Shown here piece after piece: positions 12,401-27,400 of a stretch of DNA of 64,000 bases (its first letter is position 1; each line of letters opens with the position of its first letter). The notes under the pieces are model-generated. The model ran no database searches. It worked only from the letters and a program-made list of their open reading frames with translations, and was not told the origin of the DNA. This stretch comes from Eledone cirrhosa. Taxonomy: Eukaryota. Location: NCBI GenBank assembly GCA_964016885.1, contig OZ024742.1:36270001-36334000 (forward strand), read 5' to 3'. Position numbers and translations under genes: made by a program.

Positions 12401-15400
12401 TGCTCTTGTTGTTGATGATGTAGTTGATGTTGTTGTTGTTGGTGGCGGTATTTTAGTTGCTCCTGTTGTTGATGATGTAGTTGATGTTGTTTTTGGTGGC
12501 GGTCTTTTAGTTGCTCCTGTTGTTGATGATGTTGTTGATGTTGTTGTTGGTGGTGGTCTTTTAGTTGCTCTTGTTTTTGTTGTTGTTGGTGGAGGTCTTT
12601 TAGTTGCTCTTGTTGTTGATGATGTTGTTGATGTTGTTGTTGTTGGTGGCTGTCTTTTAGTTGCTCCTGTTGTTGATGATGTCGTTGATGTTGTTGTTGG
12701 TGGCGGTCTTAAGTTGCTCCTGTTGTTGATGATCTTGTTGATGTTGTTGTTGTTGGTGGAGGTCTTTTAGTTGCTCCTGTTGTTGATGATGTTGTTGATG
12801 TTGTTGTTGGTGGCGGTCTTTTAGTTGATCTTGTTGTTGATGATCTTGTTGATGTTGTTGTTGGTGGTGGTCTTTCAGTTGCTCTTGTTGTTGATGATGT
12901 TGTTGATGTTGTTGTTGGTGGCGGACTTTTAGTTTCTCTTGTTGTTGATGATGTTGTTGTTGGTGGCGGTTTTTAGTTGCTCCTGTTGTTGATGATGTTG
13001 TTGTTGTTGTTGGTGGCGGTCTTTTAGTTGCTCCTGTTGTTGATGATGTTGTTGTTGTTGTTGGTGGCGGTCTTTTAGTTGCTCTTGTTGTTGATGATGT
13101 TGATGTTGTTGTTGTTGGTGGCGGTCTTTTAGTTGCTCTTGTTCTTGATGATGTTGTTGATGTTGTTGTTGTTGGATGTCTTTTAGTTGCTCCTGTTGTT
13201 GATGATGTTGTTGATGTTGTTGTTGTTGGTGGCGGTCTTTTAGTTGCTCTTGTTGTTGATGATGTTGTTGATGATGTTGTTGGTGGCGGTCTTTTAGTTG
13301 CTCTTGTTTTTGATGATGTAGTTGATGTTGTTGTTGTTGGTGGCGGTCTTTTAGTTGCTCTTGTTGTTGATGCTGTAGTTGATGTTGTTGTTGGTGGCGG
13401 TCTTTTAGTTGCTCCTGTTGTTGATGATGTAGTTGATGTTGTTGTTGGTGGCGGTCTTTTAGTTGCTCTTGTTGTTGATGATGTAGTTGATGTTGTTGTT
13501 GGTGGAGGTCTTTTAGTTGCTCCTGTTGTTGATGATGTAGTTGATGTTGTTGTTGGTGTAGGTCTTTTAGTTGCTCCTGTTTTTGATGATGTAGTTGATG
13601 TTGTTGTTGGTGGAGGTCTTTTAGTTGCTCTTGTTGTTGATGATGTTGTTTTTGGTGGCGGTCTTTTAGTTGCTCCTGTTATTGATGATGTAGTTGATGT
13701 TGTTGTTGGTGGAGGTCTTTTAGTTGCTCCTGTTGTTGATGATGTTGTTGAAGTTGTTGTTGTTGGTGGAGGTCTTTTAGTTGCTCTTGTTGTTGATGAT
13801 GTTGTTGATGTTGTTGTTGTTGGTGGAGGTCTTTTAGTGGCTCTTGTTGTTGATGATGTTGTTGATGTTGTTGTTGGTGGCGGTCTTTTAGTTGCTCCTG
13901 TTGTTGATGATGTTGTTGATGTTGTTGTTGTTGTTGGTGGCGGTCTTTTAGTTGCTCCTGTTGTTGTTGTTGTTGGTGGAGGTCTTTTAGTTGCCCTTGT
14001 TGTTGATGATGTTGTTGATGTTGTTGTTGTTGGTGGCGGTCTTTTAGTTGCTCTTGTTGTTGATGTCGTTGATGTTGTTGTTGTTGGTGGCGGTCTTTTA
14101 GTTGCTCCTGTTGTTGATGATGTTGTTGATGTTGTTGTTGTTGTTGGAGGTCTTTTAGTTGCTCTTGTTGTTGATGATGTAGTTGATGTTGTTGTTGGTG
14201 GAGGTCTTTTAGTTGCTCCTGTTGTTGATGATGTTGTTGTTGTTGTTGTTGTTGGTGGCGGTCTTTTAGTTGCTCTTGTTGTTGATGATGTTGTTGATGT
14301 TGTTGTTGTTGGTGGCGGTCTTTAAGTTGCTCCTGTTGTTGATGATGTTGTTGATGTTGTTGTTGGTGGAGCTCTTTTAGTTGCTCTTGTTGTTGATGAT
14401 GTTGTTGATGTTGTTGTTGGTGGAGCTCTTTTAGTTGCTCTTGTTGTTGATGATGTTGTTGTTGTTGTTGTTGTTGGTGGCGGTCTTTAAGTTGCTCCTG
14501 TTGTTGATGATGTTGTTGATGTTGTTGTTGGTGGAGCTCTTTTAGTTGTTCTTGTTGTTGATGATGTTGTTGATGTTGTTGTTGGTGGAGCTCTTTTAGT
14601 TGCTCCTGTTGTTGATGATGTTGTTGTTGTTGTTGTTGTTGGTGGCGGTCTTTAAGTTGCTCCTGTTGTTGATGATGTTGTTGATGTTGTTGTTGGTGGC
14701 GGTCTTTTAGTTGCTCTTGTTGTTGATGATGTTGTTGATGTTGTTGTTGTTGGTGGCGGTCTTTAAGTTGCTCCTGTTGTTGATGATGTTGTTGATGTTG
14801 TTGTTGGTGGAGCTCTTTTAGTTGCTCTTGTTGTTGATGATGTTGTTGATGTTGTTGTTGGTGGAGCTCTTTTAGTTGCTCCTGTTGTTGATGATGTTGT
14901 TGTTGTTGTTGTTGTTGGTGGCGGTCTTTAAGTTGCTCCTGTTGTTGATGATGTTGTTGATGTTGTTGTTGGTGGCGGTCTTTTAGTTGCTCTTGTTGTT
15001 GATGATGTTGTTGATGTTGTTGTTGGTGGAGCTCTTTTAGTTGCTCTTGTTGTTGATGATGTTGTTGATGTTGTTGTTGTTGGTGGCGGTCTTTAAGTTG
15101 CTCCTGTTGTTGATGATGTTGTTGATGTTGTTGTTGTTGGTGGAGGTCTTTTAGTTGCTCCTGTTGTTGATGATGTTGTTGATGTTGTTGTTGTTGGTGG
15201 TGGTATTTTAGTTGCTCCTGTTGTTGATGATGTAGTTGGTGTTGTTGTTGGTGGCGGTCTTTTAGTTGCTCCTGTTGTTGATGATGTTGTTGATGTTGTT
15301 GTTGGTGGTGGTCTTTTAGTTGCTCTTGTTGTTGTTGTTGGTGGAGGTCTTTTAGTTGCTCTTGTTGTTGATGATGTTGTTGATGATGTTGTTGGGGGCG

Positions 15401-18400
15401 GTCTTTTAGTTGCTCTTGTTGTTGATGATGTTGTTGATGTTGTTGTTGGTGGCGGTCTTTTAGTTGCTCCTGTTGTTGATGATGTTGTTGATGTTGTTGT
15501 TGGTGGTGGTCTTTTAGTTGCTCTTGTTTTTGTTGTTGTTGGTGGAGGTCTTTTAGTTGCTCTTGTTGTTGATGATGTTGTTGATGTTGTTGTTGTTGGT
15601 GGCGGTCTTTTAGTTGCTCTTCTTGTTGATGATGTTGTTGATGTTGTTGTTTTTGGTGGCGGTCTTTTAGTTGCTCCTGTTGTTGATGATGTTCTTGATG
15701 TTGTTGTTGTTGGTGGCGGTCTTATAGTTGCTCTTGTTGTTGATGATGTTTTTGATGTTGTTGTTTTTGGTGGCGGGCTTTTAGTTGCTCCTGTTATTGA
15801 TGATGTAGTTGATGTTGTTGTTGGTGGAGGTCTTTTAGTTGCTCCTGTTGTTGATGATGTTGTTGAAGTTGTTGTTGTTGGTGGAGGTCTTTTAGTTGCT
15901 CTTGTTGTTGATGATGTTGTTGATGTTGTTGTTGTTGGTGGAGGTCTTTTAGTGGCTCTTGTTGTTGATGATGTTGTTGATGTTGTTGTTGGTGGCGGTC
16001 TTTTAGTTGCTCCTGTTGTTGATGATGTTGTTGATGTTGTTGTTGTTGTTGGTGGCGGTCTTTTAGTTGCTCCTGTTGTTGTTGTTGTTGGTGGAGGTCT
16101 TTTAGTTGCCCTTGTTGTTGATGATGTTGTTGATGTTGTTGTTGTTGGTGGCGGTCTTTTAGTTGCTCTTGTTGTTGATGTCGTTGATGTTGTTGTTGTT
16201 GGTGGCGGTCTTTTAGTTGCTCCTGTTGTTGATGATGTTGTTGATGTTGTTGTTGTTGTTGGAGGTCTTTTAGTTGCTCTTGTTGTTGATGATGTAGTTG
16301 ATGTTGTTGTTGGTGGAGGTCTTTTAGTTGCTCCTGTTGTTGATGATGTTGTTGTTGTTGTTGTTGTTGGTGGCGGTCTTTTAGTTGCTCTTGTTGTTGA
16401 TGATGTTGTTGATGTTGTTGTTGTTGGTGGCGGTCTTTAAGTTGCTCCTGTTGTTGATGATGTTGTTGATGTTGTTGTTGGTGGAGCTCTTTTAGTTGCT
16501 CTTGTTGTTGATGATGTTGTTGATGTTGTTGTTGGTGGAGCTCTTTTAGTTGCTCTTGTTGTTGATGATGTTGTTGTTGTTGTTGTTGTTGGTGGCGGTC
16601 TTTAAGTTGCTCCTGTTGTTGATGATGTTGTTGATGTTGTTGTTGGTGGAGCTCTTTTAGTTGTTCTTGTTGTTGATGATGTTGTTGATGTTGTTGTTGG
16701 TGGAGCTCTTTTAGTTGCTCCTGTTGTTGATGATGTTGTTGTTGTTGTTGTTGTTGGTGGCGGTCTTTAAGTTGCTCCTGTTGTTGATGATGTTGTTGAT
16801 GTTGTTGTTGGTGGCGGTCTTTTAGTTGCTCTTGTTGTTGATGATGTTGTTGATGTTGTTGTTGTTGGTGGCGGTCTTTAAGTTGCTCCTGTTGTTGATG
16901 ATGTTGTTGATGTTGTTGTTGGTGGAGCTCTTTTAGTTGCTCTTGTTGTTGATGATGTTGTTGATGTTGTTGTTGGTGGAGCTCTTTTAGTTGCTCCTGT
17001 TGTTGATGATGTTGTTGTTGTTGTTGTTGTTGGTGGCGGTCTTTAAGTTGCTCCTGTTGTTGATGATGTTGTTGATGTTGTTGTTGGTGGCGGTCTTTTA
17101 GTTGCTCTTGTTGTTGATGATGTTGTTGATGTTGTTGTTGGTGGAGCTCTTTTAGTTGCTCTTGTTGTTGATGATGTTGTTGATGTTGTTGTTGTTGGTG
17201 GCGGTCTTTAAGTTGCTCCTGTTGTTGATGATGTTGTTGATGTTGTTGTTGTTGGTGGAGGTCTTTTAGTTGCTCCTGTTGTTGATGATGTTGTTGATGT
17301 TGTTGTTGTTGGTGGTGGTATTTTAGTTGCTCCTGTTGTTGATGATGTAGTTGGTGTTGTTGTTGGTGGCGGTCTTTTAGTTGCTCCTGTTGTTGATGAT
17401 GTTGTTGATGTTGTTGTTGGTGGTGGTCTTTTAGTTGCTCTTGTTGTTGTTGTTGGTGGAGGTCTTTTAGTTGCTCTTGTTGTTGATGATGTTGTTGATG
17501 ATGTTGTTGGGGGCGGTCTTTTAGTTGCTCTTGTTGTTGATGATGTTGTTGATGTTGTTGTTGGTGGCGGTCTTTTAGTTGCTCCTGTTGTTGATGATGT
17601 TGTTGATGTTGTTGTTGGTGGTGGTCTTTTAGTTGCTCTTGTTTTTGTTGTTGTTGGTGGAGGTCTTTTAGTTGCTCTTGTTGTTGATGATGTTGTTGAT
17701 GTTGTTGTTGTTGGTGGCGGTCTTTTAGTTGCTCTTCTTGTTGATGATGTTGTTGATGTTGTTGTTTTTGGTGGCGGTCTTTTAGTTGCTCCTGTTGTTG
17801 ATGATGTTCTTGATGTTGTTGTTGTTGGTGGCGGTCTTATAGTTGCTCTTGTTGTTGATGATGTTTTTGATGTTGTTGTTTTTGGTGGCGGGCTTTTAGT
17901 TGCTCTTGTTGTTGATGATGTTGTTGATGTTGTTGTTTTTGGTGGCGGTCTTTTAGTTGCTCTTGTTGTTGATGATGTTGTTGATGTTGTTGTTGTTGGT
18001 GGCGGTCTTTTAGTTGCTCTTGTTGTTGATGATGTTGTTGATGTTGTTGTTGTTGGTGGCGGTCTTTTAGTTGCTCTTGTTGTTGATGATGTTGTTGATG
18101 TTGTTGTTGTTGGTGGCGGTCTTTTAGTTGCTCCTGTTGTTGATGATGTTGTTGATGTTGTTGTTGTTGGTTGCGGTCTTTTAGTTGCTCCTGTTGTTGA
18201 TGATGTAGTTGATGTTGTTGTTGGTGGTGGCGGTCTTTTAGTTGCTCCTGTTGTTGATGATCTTGTTGATGTTGTTGTTAGTGGTGGCGGTCTTTTAGTT
18301 GCTCCTGTTGTTTATGATGTTGTTGATGTTGTTGATTGTGGAGGTCTTTTAGTTGCTCCTGTTGTTGATGATGTTGTTGATGTTGTTGTTGTTGGTGGAG

Positions 18401-21400
18401 GTCTTTTAGTTGCTCTTGTTGTTGATGATGTTGTTGATGTTGTTGTTGTTGGTGGTCTTTTAATTGCTCTTGTTGTTGATGATGTTGTTGATGTTGTTGT
18501 TGGTGGCGGTCTTTTGGTTGCTCTTGTTGTTGATGATGTTGTTGATGTTGTTGTTGTTGGTGGTCTTTTAATTGCTCTTGTTGTTGATGATGTTGTTGAT
18601 GTTGTTGTTGGTGGCGGTCTTTTAGTTGCTCCTGTTGTTGATGATGTAGTTGATGTTGTTGTTGGTGGAGGTCTTTTAGTTGCTCCTGTTGTTGATGATG
18701 TAGTTGATGTTGTTGTTGGTGGAGGTCTTTTAGTTGCTCTTGTTGTTGATGTCGTTGATGTTGTTGTTGGTGGAGGTCTTTTAGTTGCTCCTGTTGTTGA
18801 TGATATTGATGTTGTTGTTGGTGGTGGCGGTCTTTTAGTTGCTCTTGTTGTTGATGATGTTGTTGATGTTGTTGTTGTTGGTGGCCGTCTTTTAGTTGCT
18901 CTTGTTCTTGATGATGTTGTTGATGTTGTTGTTGTTGGTGGCGGTCTTTTAGTTGCTCTTGCTGTTGATGATGTTGTTGATGTTGTTGTTGTTGGTGGCG
19001 GTCTTTTAGTTGCTCCTGTTGTTGATGATGTTGTTGATGTTGTTGTTGTTGGTGGCCGTCTTTTAGTTGCTCTTGTTCTTGATGATGTTGTTGATGTTGT
19101 TGTTGTTGGTGGCGGTCTTTTAGTTGCTCTTGCTGTTGATGATGTTGTTGATGTTGTTGTTGTTGGTGGCGGTCTTTTAGTTGCTCTTGTTGTTGATGAT
19201 GTTGTGGATGTTGTTGTTGGTGGCGGTCTTTTAGTTGCTCTTGTTGTTGATGATGTTGTGGATGTTGTTGTTGGTGGCGGTCTTTTAGTTGCTCTTGTTG
19301 TTGATGATGTTGTTGATGTTGTTGTTGGTGGCGGTCTTTTAGTTGCTCTTGTTGTTGATGATGTAGTTGATGTTGTTGTTGTTGGTGGAGGTCTTTTAGT
19401 TGCTCGTGTTGTTGATGATGTTGTTGATGTTGTTGTTGGTGGTGGCGGTCTTTTAGTTGCTCCTGTTGTTGATGATGTTGTTGATGTTGTTGTTGGTGGA
19501 GGTCTTTTAGTTGCTCGTGTTGTTGATGATGTTGTTGATGTTGTTGTTGGTGGTGGCGGTCTTTTAGTTGCTCTTGTTATTGATGATGTTGTTGATGTTG
19601 TTGTTGTTGGTGGCGGTGTTTTAGTTGCTCCTGTTGTTGATGATGTTGTTGATGTTGTTGTTGGTGGCGGTCTTTTAGTTGCTCCTGTTGTTGATGATGT
19701 TGTTGATGTTGTTGTTGGTGGAGGTCTTTTAGTGGCTCTTGTTATTAATGATGTTGTTGATGTTGTTGTTGTTGGTGGCGGTCTTTTATTTGCTCCTGTT
19801 GTTGATGATGTTGTTGATGTTGTTGTTGTTGGTGGCGGTGTTTTAGTTGCTCTTGTTGTTGATGATGTTGTTGATGTTGTTGTTGTTGGTGGCGGTCTTT
19901 TATTTGCTCCTGTTGTTGATGATGTTGTTGATGTTGTTGTTGTTGGTGGCGGTCTTTTATTTGCTCCTGTTGTTGATGATGTTGTTGATGTTGTTGTTGT
20001 TGGTGGCGGTGTTTTAGTTGCTCTTGTTGTTGATGATGTTGTTGATGTTGTTGTTGTTGGTGGCGGTCTTTTATTTGCTCCTGTTGTTGATGATGTTGTT
20101 GATGTTGTTGTTGTTGGTGGCGGTCTTTTATTTGCTCCTGTTGTTGATGATGTTGTTGATGTTGTTGTTGTTGGTGGCGGTGTTTTAGTTGCTCTTGTTG
20201 TTGATGATGTTGTTGATGTTGTTGTTGTTGGTGGCGGTCTTTTATTTGCTCCTGTTGTTGATGATGTTGTTGATGTTGTTGTTGTTGGTGGCGGTCTTTT
20301 ATTTGCTCCTGTTGTTGATGATGTTGTTGATGTTGTTGTTGTTGGTGGCGGTCTTTTATTTGCTCTTGTTGTTGATGTTGTTGTTGTTGTTGTTGTTGGT
20401 GGCGGTCTTTTAGTTGCTCCTGTTGTTGATGATGTAGTTGATGTTGTTGTTGGTGGAGGTCTTTTAGTTGCTCCTGTTGTTGATGATGTAGTTGATGTTG
20501 TTGTTGGTGGCGGTCTTTTAGTTGCTCCTGTTGTTGATGATGTAGTTGATGTTGTTGTTGGTGGAGGTCTTTTAGTTGCTCCTGTTGTTGATGATGTAGT
20601 TGATGTTGTTGTTGGTGTAGGTCTTTTAGTTGCTCCTGTTTTTGATGATGTAGTTGATGTTGTTGTTGGTGGAGGTCTTTTAGTTGCTCTTGTTGTTGAT
20701 GATGTTGTTTTTGGTGGCGGTCTTTTAGTTGCTCCTGTTATTGATGATGTAGTTGATGTTGTTGTTGGTGGAGGTCTTTTAGTTGCTCCTGTTGTTGATG
20801 ATGTTGTTGAAGTTGTTGTTGTTGGTGGAGGTCTTTTAGTTGCTCTTGTTGTTGATGATGTTGTTGATGTTGTTGTTGTTGGTGGAGGTCTTTTAGTGGC
20901 TCTTGTTGTTGATGATGTTGTTGATGTTGTTGTTGGTGGCGGTCTTTTAGTTGCTCCTGTTGTTGATGATGTTGTTGATGTTGTTGTTGTTGTTGGTGGC
21001 GGTCTTTTAGTTGCTCCTGTTGTTGTTGTTGTTGGTGGAGGTCTTTTAGTTGCCCTTGTTGTTGATGATGTTGTTGATGTTGTTGTTGTTGGTGGCGGTC
21101 TTTTAGTTGCTCTTGTTGTTGATGTCGTTGATGTTGTTGTTGTTGGTGGCGGTCTTTTAGTTGCTCCTGTTGTTGATGATGTTGTTGATGTTGTTGTTGT
21201 TGTTGGAGGTCTTTTAGTTGCTCTTGTTGTTGATGATGTAGTTGATGTTGTTGTTGGTGGAGGTCTTTTAGTTGCTCCTGTTGTTGATGATGTTGTTGTT
21301 GTTGTTGTTGTTGGTGGCGGTCTTTTAGTTGCTCTTGTTGTTGATGATGTTGTTGATGTTGTTGTTGTTGGTGGCGGTCTTTAAGTTGCTCCTGTTGTTG

Positions 21401-24400
21401 ATGATGTTGTTGATGTTGTTGTTGGTGGAGCTCTTTTAGTTGCTCTTGTTGTTGATGATGTTGTTGATGTTGTTGTTGGTGGAGCTCTTTTAGTTGCTCT
21501 TGTTGTTGATGATGTTGTTGTTGTTGTTGTTGTTGGTGGCGGTCTTTAAGTTGCTCCTGTTGTTGATGATGTTGTTGATGTTGTTGTTGGTGGAGCTCTT
21601 TTAGTTGTTCTTGTTGTTGATGATGTTGTTGATGTTGTTGTTGGTGGAGCTCTTTTAGTTGCTCCTGTTGTTGATGATGTTGTTGTTGTTGTTGTTGTTG
21701 GTGGCGGTCTTTAAGTTGCTCCTGTTGTTGATGATGTTGTTGATGTTGTTGTTGGTGGCGGTCTTTTAGTTGCTCTTGTTGTTGATGATGTTGTTGATGT
21801 TGTTGTTGTTGGTGGCGGTCTTTAAGTTGCTCCTGTTGTTGATGATGTTGTTGATGTTGTTGTTGGTGGAGCTCTTTTAGTTGCTCTTGTTGTTGATGAT
21901 GTTGTTGATGTTGTTGTTGGTGGAGCTCTTTTAGTTGCTCCTGTTGTTGATGATGTTGTTGTTGTTGTTGTTGTTGGTGGCGGTCTTTAAGTTGCTCCTG
22001 TTGTTGATGATGTTGTTGATGTTGTTGTTGGTGGCGGTCTTTTAGTTGCTCTTGTTGTTGATGATGTTGTTGATGTTGTTGTTGGTGGAGCTCTTTTAGT
22101 TGCTCTTGTTGTTGATGATGTTGTTGATGTTGTTGTTGTTGGTGGCGGTCTTTAAGTTGCTCCTGTTGTTGATGATGTTGTTGATGTTGTTGTTGTTGGT
22201 GGAGGTCTTTTAGTTGCTCCTGTTGTTGATGATGTTGTTGATGTTGTTGTTGTTGGTGGCGGTATTTTAGTTGCTCCTGTTGTTGATGATGTAGTTGGTG
22301 TTGTTGTTGGTGGCGGTCTTTTAGTTGCTCCTGTTGTTGATGATGTTGTTGATGTTGTTGTTGGTGGTGGTCTTTTGGTTGCTCTTGTTGTTGTTGTTGG
22401 TGGAGGTCTTTTAGTTGCTCTTGTTGTTGATGATGTTGTTGATGATGTTGTTGGGGGCGGTCTTTTAGTTGCTCTTGTTGTTGATGATGTTGTTGATGTT
22501 GTTGTTGGTGGCGGTCTTTTAGTTGCTCCTGTTGTTGATGATGTTGTTGATGTTGTTGTTGGTGGTGGTCTTTTAGTTGCTCTTGTTTTTGTTGTTGTTG
22601 GTGGAGGTCTTTTAGTTGCTCTTGTTGTTGATGATGTTGTTGATGTTGTTGTTGTTGGTGGCGGTCTTTTAGTTGCTCTTCTTGTTGATGATGTTGTTGA
22701 TGTTGTTGTTTTTGGTGGCGGTCTTTTAGTTGCTCCTGTTGTTGATGATGTTCTTGATGTTGTTGTTGTTGGTGGCGGTCTTATAGTTGCTCTTGTTGTT
22801 GATGATGTTTTTGATGTTGTTGTTTTTGGTGGCGGGCTTTTAGTTGCTCTTGTTGTTGATGATGTTGTTGATGTTGTTGTTTTTGGTGGCGGTCTTTTAG
22901 TTGCTCTTGTTGTTGATGATGTTGTTGATGTTGTTGTTGGTAGCGGTCTTTTAGTTGCTTCTGTTGTTGATGATGTTGTTGATGTTGTTGTTGTTGGTGG
23001 CGGTCTTTTAGTTGCTCTTGTTGTTGATGATGTTGTTGATGTTGTTGTTGTTGGTGGCGGTCTTTTAGTTGCTCTTGTTGTTGATGATGTTGTTGATGTT
23101 GTTGTTGTTGGTGGCGGTCTTTTAGTTGCTCCTGTTGTTGATGATGTTGTTGATGTTGTTGTTGTTGGTGGCGGTCTTTTAGTTGCTCCTGTTGTTGATG
23201 ATGTAGTTGATGTTGTTGTTGGTGGTGGCGGTCTTTTAGTTGCTCCTGTTGTTGATGATCTTGTTGATGTTGTTGTTGGTGGTGGCGGTCTTTTAGTTGC
23301 TCCTGTTGTTTATGATGTTGTTGATGTTGTTGATTGTGGAGGTCTTTTAGTTGCTCCTGTTGTTGATGATGTTGTTGATGTTGTTGTTGTTGGTGGAGGT
23401 CTTTTAGTTGCTCTTGTTGTTGATGATGTTGTTGATGTTGTTGTTGTTGGTGGTCTTTTAATTGCTCTTGTTGTTGATGATGTTGTTGATGTTGTTGTTG
23501 GTGGCGGTCTTTTAGTTGCTCTTGTTGTTGATGATGTTGTTGATGTTGTTGTTGTTGGTGGTCTTTTAATTGCTCTTGTTGATGATGTTGTTGATGTTGT
23601 TGTTGGTGGCGGTCTTTTAGTTGCTCCTGTTGTTGATGATGTAGTTGATGTTGTTGTTGGTGGAGGTCTTTTAGTTGCTCCTGTTGTTGATGATGTAGTT
23701 GATGTTGTTGTTGGTGGAGGTCTTTTAGTTGCTCTTGTTGTTGATGTCGTTGATGTTGTTGTTGGTGGAGGTCTTTTAGTTGCTCCTGTTGTTGATGATA
23801 TTGATGTTGTTGTTGGTGGTGGCGGTCTTTTAGTTGCTCTTGTTGTTGATGATGTTGTTGATGTTGTTGTTGTTGGTGGCCGTCTTTTAGTTGCTCTTGT
23901 TCTTGATGATGTTGTTGATGTTGTTGTTGTTGGTGGCGGTCTTTTAGTTGCTCTTGCTGTTGATGATGTTGTTGATGTTGTTGTTGTTGGTGGCGGTCTT
24001 TTAGTTGCTCCTGTTGTTGATGATGTTGTTGATGTTGTTGTTGTTGGTGGCCGTCTTTTAGTTGCTCTTGTTCTTGATGATGTTGTTGATGTTGTTGTTG
24101 TTGGTGGCGGTCTTTTAGTTGCTCTTGCTGTTGATGATGTTGTTGATGTTGTTGTTGTTGGTGGCGGTCTTTTAGTTGCTCTTGTTGTTGATGATGTTGT
24201 GGATGTTGTTGTTGGTGGCGGTCTTTTAGTTGCTCTTGTTGTTGATGATGTTGTGGATGTTGTTGTTGGTGGCGGTCTTTTAGTTGCTCTTGTTGTTGAT
24301 GATGTTGTTGATGTTGTTGTTGGTGGCGGTCTTTTAGTTGCTCTTGTTGTTGATGATGTAGTTGATGTTGTTGTTGTTGGTGGAGGTCTTTTAGTTGCTC

Positions 24401-27400
24401 GTGTTGTTGATGATGTTGTTGATGTTGTTGTTGGTGGTGGCGGTCTTTTAGTTGCTCCTGTTGTTGATGATGTTGTTGATGTTGTTGTTGGTGGAGGTCT
24501 TTTAGTTGCTCGTGTTGTTGATGATGTTGTTGATGTTGTTGTTGGTGGTGGCGGTCTTTTAGTTGCTCTTGTTATTGATGATGTTGTTGATGTTGTTGTT
24601 GTTGGTGGCGGTGTTTTAGTTGCTCCTGTTGTTGATGATGTTGTTGATGTTGTTGTTGGTGGCGGTCTTTTAGTTGCTCCTGTTGTTGATGATGTTGTTG
24701 ATGTTGTTGTTGGTGGAGGTCTTTTAGTGGCTCTTGTTATTGATGATGTTGTTGATGTTGTTGTTGTTGGTGGCGGTCTTTTATTTGCTCCTGTTGTTGA
24801 TGATGTTGTTGATGTTGTTGTTGTTGGTGGCGGTGTTTTAGTTGCTCTTGTTGTTGATGATGTTGTTGATGTTGTTGTTGTTGGTGGCGGTCTTTTATTT
24901 GCTCCTGTTGTTGATGATGTTGTTGATGTTGTTGTTGTTGGTGGCGGTCTTTTATTTGCTCCTGTTGTTGATGATGTTGTTGATGTTGTTGTTGTTGGTG
25001 GCGGTGTTTTAGTTGCTCTTGTTGTTGATGATGTTGTAGATGTTGTTGTTGTTGGTGGCGGTCTTTTATTTGCTCCTGTTGTTGATGATGTTGTTGATGT
25101 TGTTGTTGTTGGTGGCGGTCTTTTATTTGCTCCTGTTGTTGATGATGTTGTTGATGTTGTTGTTGTTGGTGGCGGTGTTTTAGTTGCTCTTGTTGTTGAT
25201 GATGTTGTTGATGTTGTTGTTGTTGGTGGCGGTCTTTTATTTGCTCCTGTTGTTGATGATGTTGTTGATGTTGTTGTTGTTGGTGGCGGTCTTTTATTTG
25301 CTCCTGTTGTTGATGATGTTGTTGATGTTGTTGTTGGTGGTGGCGGTCTTTTAGTTGCTCCTGTTGTTGATGATGTTGTTGATGTTGTTGTTGGTGGTGG
25401 TCTTTTAGTTGCTCTTGTTTTTGTTGTTGTTGGTGGAGGTCTTTTAGTTGCTCTTGTTGTTGATGATGTTGTTGATGTTGTTGTTGTTGGTGGCTGTCTT
25501 TTAGTTGCTCCTGTTGTTGATGATGTCGTTGATGTTGTTGTTGGTGGCGGTCTTAAGTTGCTCCTGTTGTTGATGATCTTGTTGATGTTGTTGTTGTTGG
25601 TGGAGGTCTTTTAGTTGCTCCTGTTGTTGATGATGTTGTTGATGTTGTTGTTGGTGGCGGTCTTTTAGTTGATCTTGTTGTTGATGATCTTGTTGATGTT
25701 GTTGTTGGTGGTGGTCTTTCAGTTGCTCTTGTTGTTGATGATGTTGTTGATGTTGTTGTTGGTGGCGGACTTTTAGTTTCTCTTGTTGTTGATGATGTTG
25801 TTGTTGGTGGCGGTTTTTAGTTGCTCCTGTTGTTGATGATGTTGTTGTTGTTGTTGTTGGTGGCGGTCTTTTAGTTGCTCCTGTTGTTGATGATGTTGTT
25901 GTTGTTGTTGGTGGCGGTCTTTTAGTTGCTCTTGTTGTTGATGATGTTGATGTTGTTGTTGTTGGTGGCGGTCTTTTAGTTGCTCTTGTTCTTGATGATG
26001 TTGTTGATGTTGTTGTTGTTGGATGTCTTTTAGTTGCTCCTGTTGTTGATGATGTTGTTGATGTTGTTGTTGTTGGTGGCGGTCTTTTAGTTGCTCTTGT
26101 TGTTGATGATGTTGTTGATGATGTTGTTGGTGGCGGTCTTTTAGTTGCTCTTGTTTTTGATGATGTAGTTGATGTTGTTGTTGTTGGTGGCGGTCTTTTA
26201 GTTGCTCTTGTTGTTGATGCTGTAGTTGATGTTGTTGTTGGTGGCGGTCTTTTAGTTGCTCCTGTTGTTGATGATGTAGTTGATGTTGTTGTTGGTGGCG
26301 GTCTTTTAGTTGCTCTTGTTGTTGATGATGTAGTTGATGTTGTTGTTGGTGGAGGTCTTTTAGTTGCTCCTGTTGTTGATGATGTAGTTGATGTTGTTGT
26401 TGGTGTAGGTCTTTTAGTTGCTCCTGTTTTTGATGATGTAGTTGATGTTGTTGTTGGTGGAGGTCTTTTAGTTGCTCTTGTTGTTGATGATGTTGTTTTT
26501 GGTGGCGGTCTTTTAGTTGCTCCTGTTATTGATGATGTAGTTGATGTTGTTGTTGGTGGAGGTCTTTTAGTTGCTCCTGTTGTTGATGATGTTGTTGAAG
26601 TTGTTGTTGTTGGTGGAGGTCTTTTAGTTGCTCTTGTTGTTGATGATGTTGTTGATGTTGTTGTTGTTGGTGGAGGTCTTTTAGTGGCTCTTGTTGTTGA
26701 TGATGTTGTTGATGTTGTTGTTGGTGGCGGTCTTTTAGTTGCTCCTGTTGTTGATGATGTTGTTGATGTTGTTGTTGTTGTTGGTGGCGGTCTTTTAGTT
26801 GCTCCTGTTGTTGTTGTTGTTGGTGGAGGTCTTTTAGTTGCCCTTGTTGTTGATGATGTTGTTGATGTTGTTGTTGTTGGTGGCGGTCTTTTAGTTGCTC
26901 TTGTTGTTGATGTCGTTGATGTTGTTGTTGTTGGTGGCGGTCTTTTAGTTGCTCCTGTTGTTGATGATGTTGTTGATGTTGTTGTTGTTGTTGGAGGTCT
27001 TTTAGTTGCTCTTGTTGTTGATGATGTAGTTGATGTTGTTGTTGGTGGAGGTCTTTTAGTTGCTCCTGTTGTTGATGATGTTGTTGTTGTTGTTGTTGTT
27101 GGTGGCGGTCTTTTAGTTGCTCTTGTTGTTGATGATGTTGTTGATGTTGTTGTTGTTGGTGGCGGTCTTTAAGTTGCTCCTGTTGTTGATGATGTTGTTG
27201 ATGTTGTTGTTGGTGGAGCTCTTTTAGTTGCTCTTGTTGTTGATGATGTTGTTGATGTTGTTGTTGGTGGAGCTCTTTTAGTTGCTCTTGTTGTTGATGA
27301 TGTTGTTGTTGTTGTTGTTGTTGGTGGCGGTCTTTAAGTTGCTCCTGTTGTTGATGATGTTGTTGATGTTGTTGTTGGTGGAGCTCTTTTAGTTGTTCTT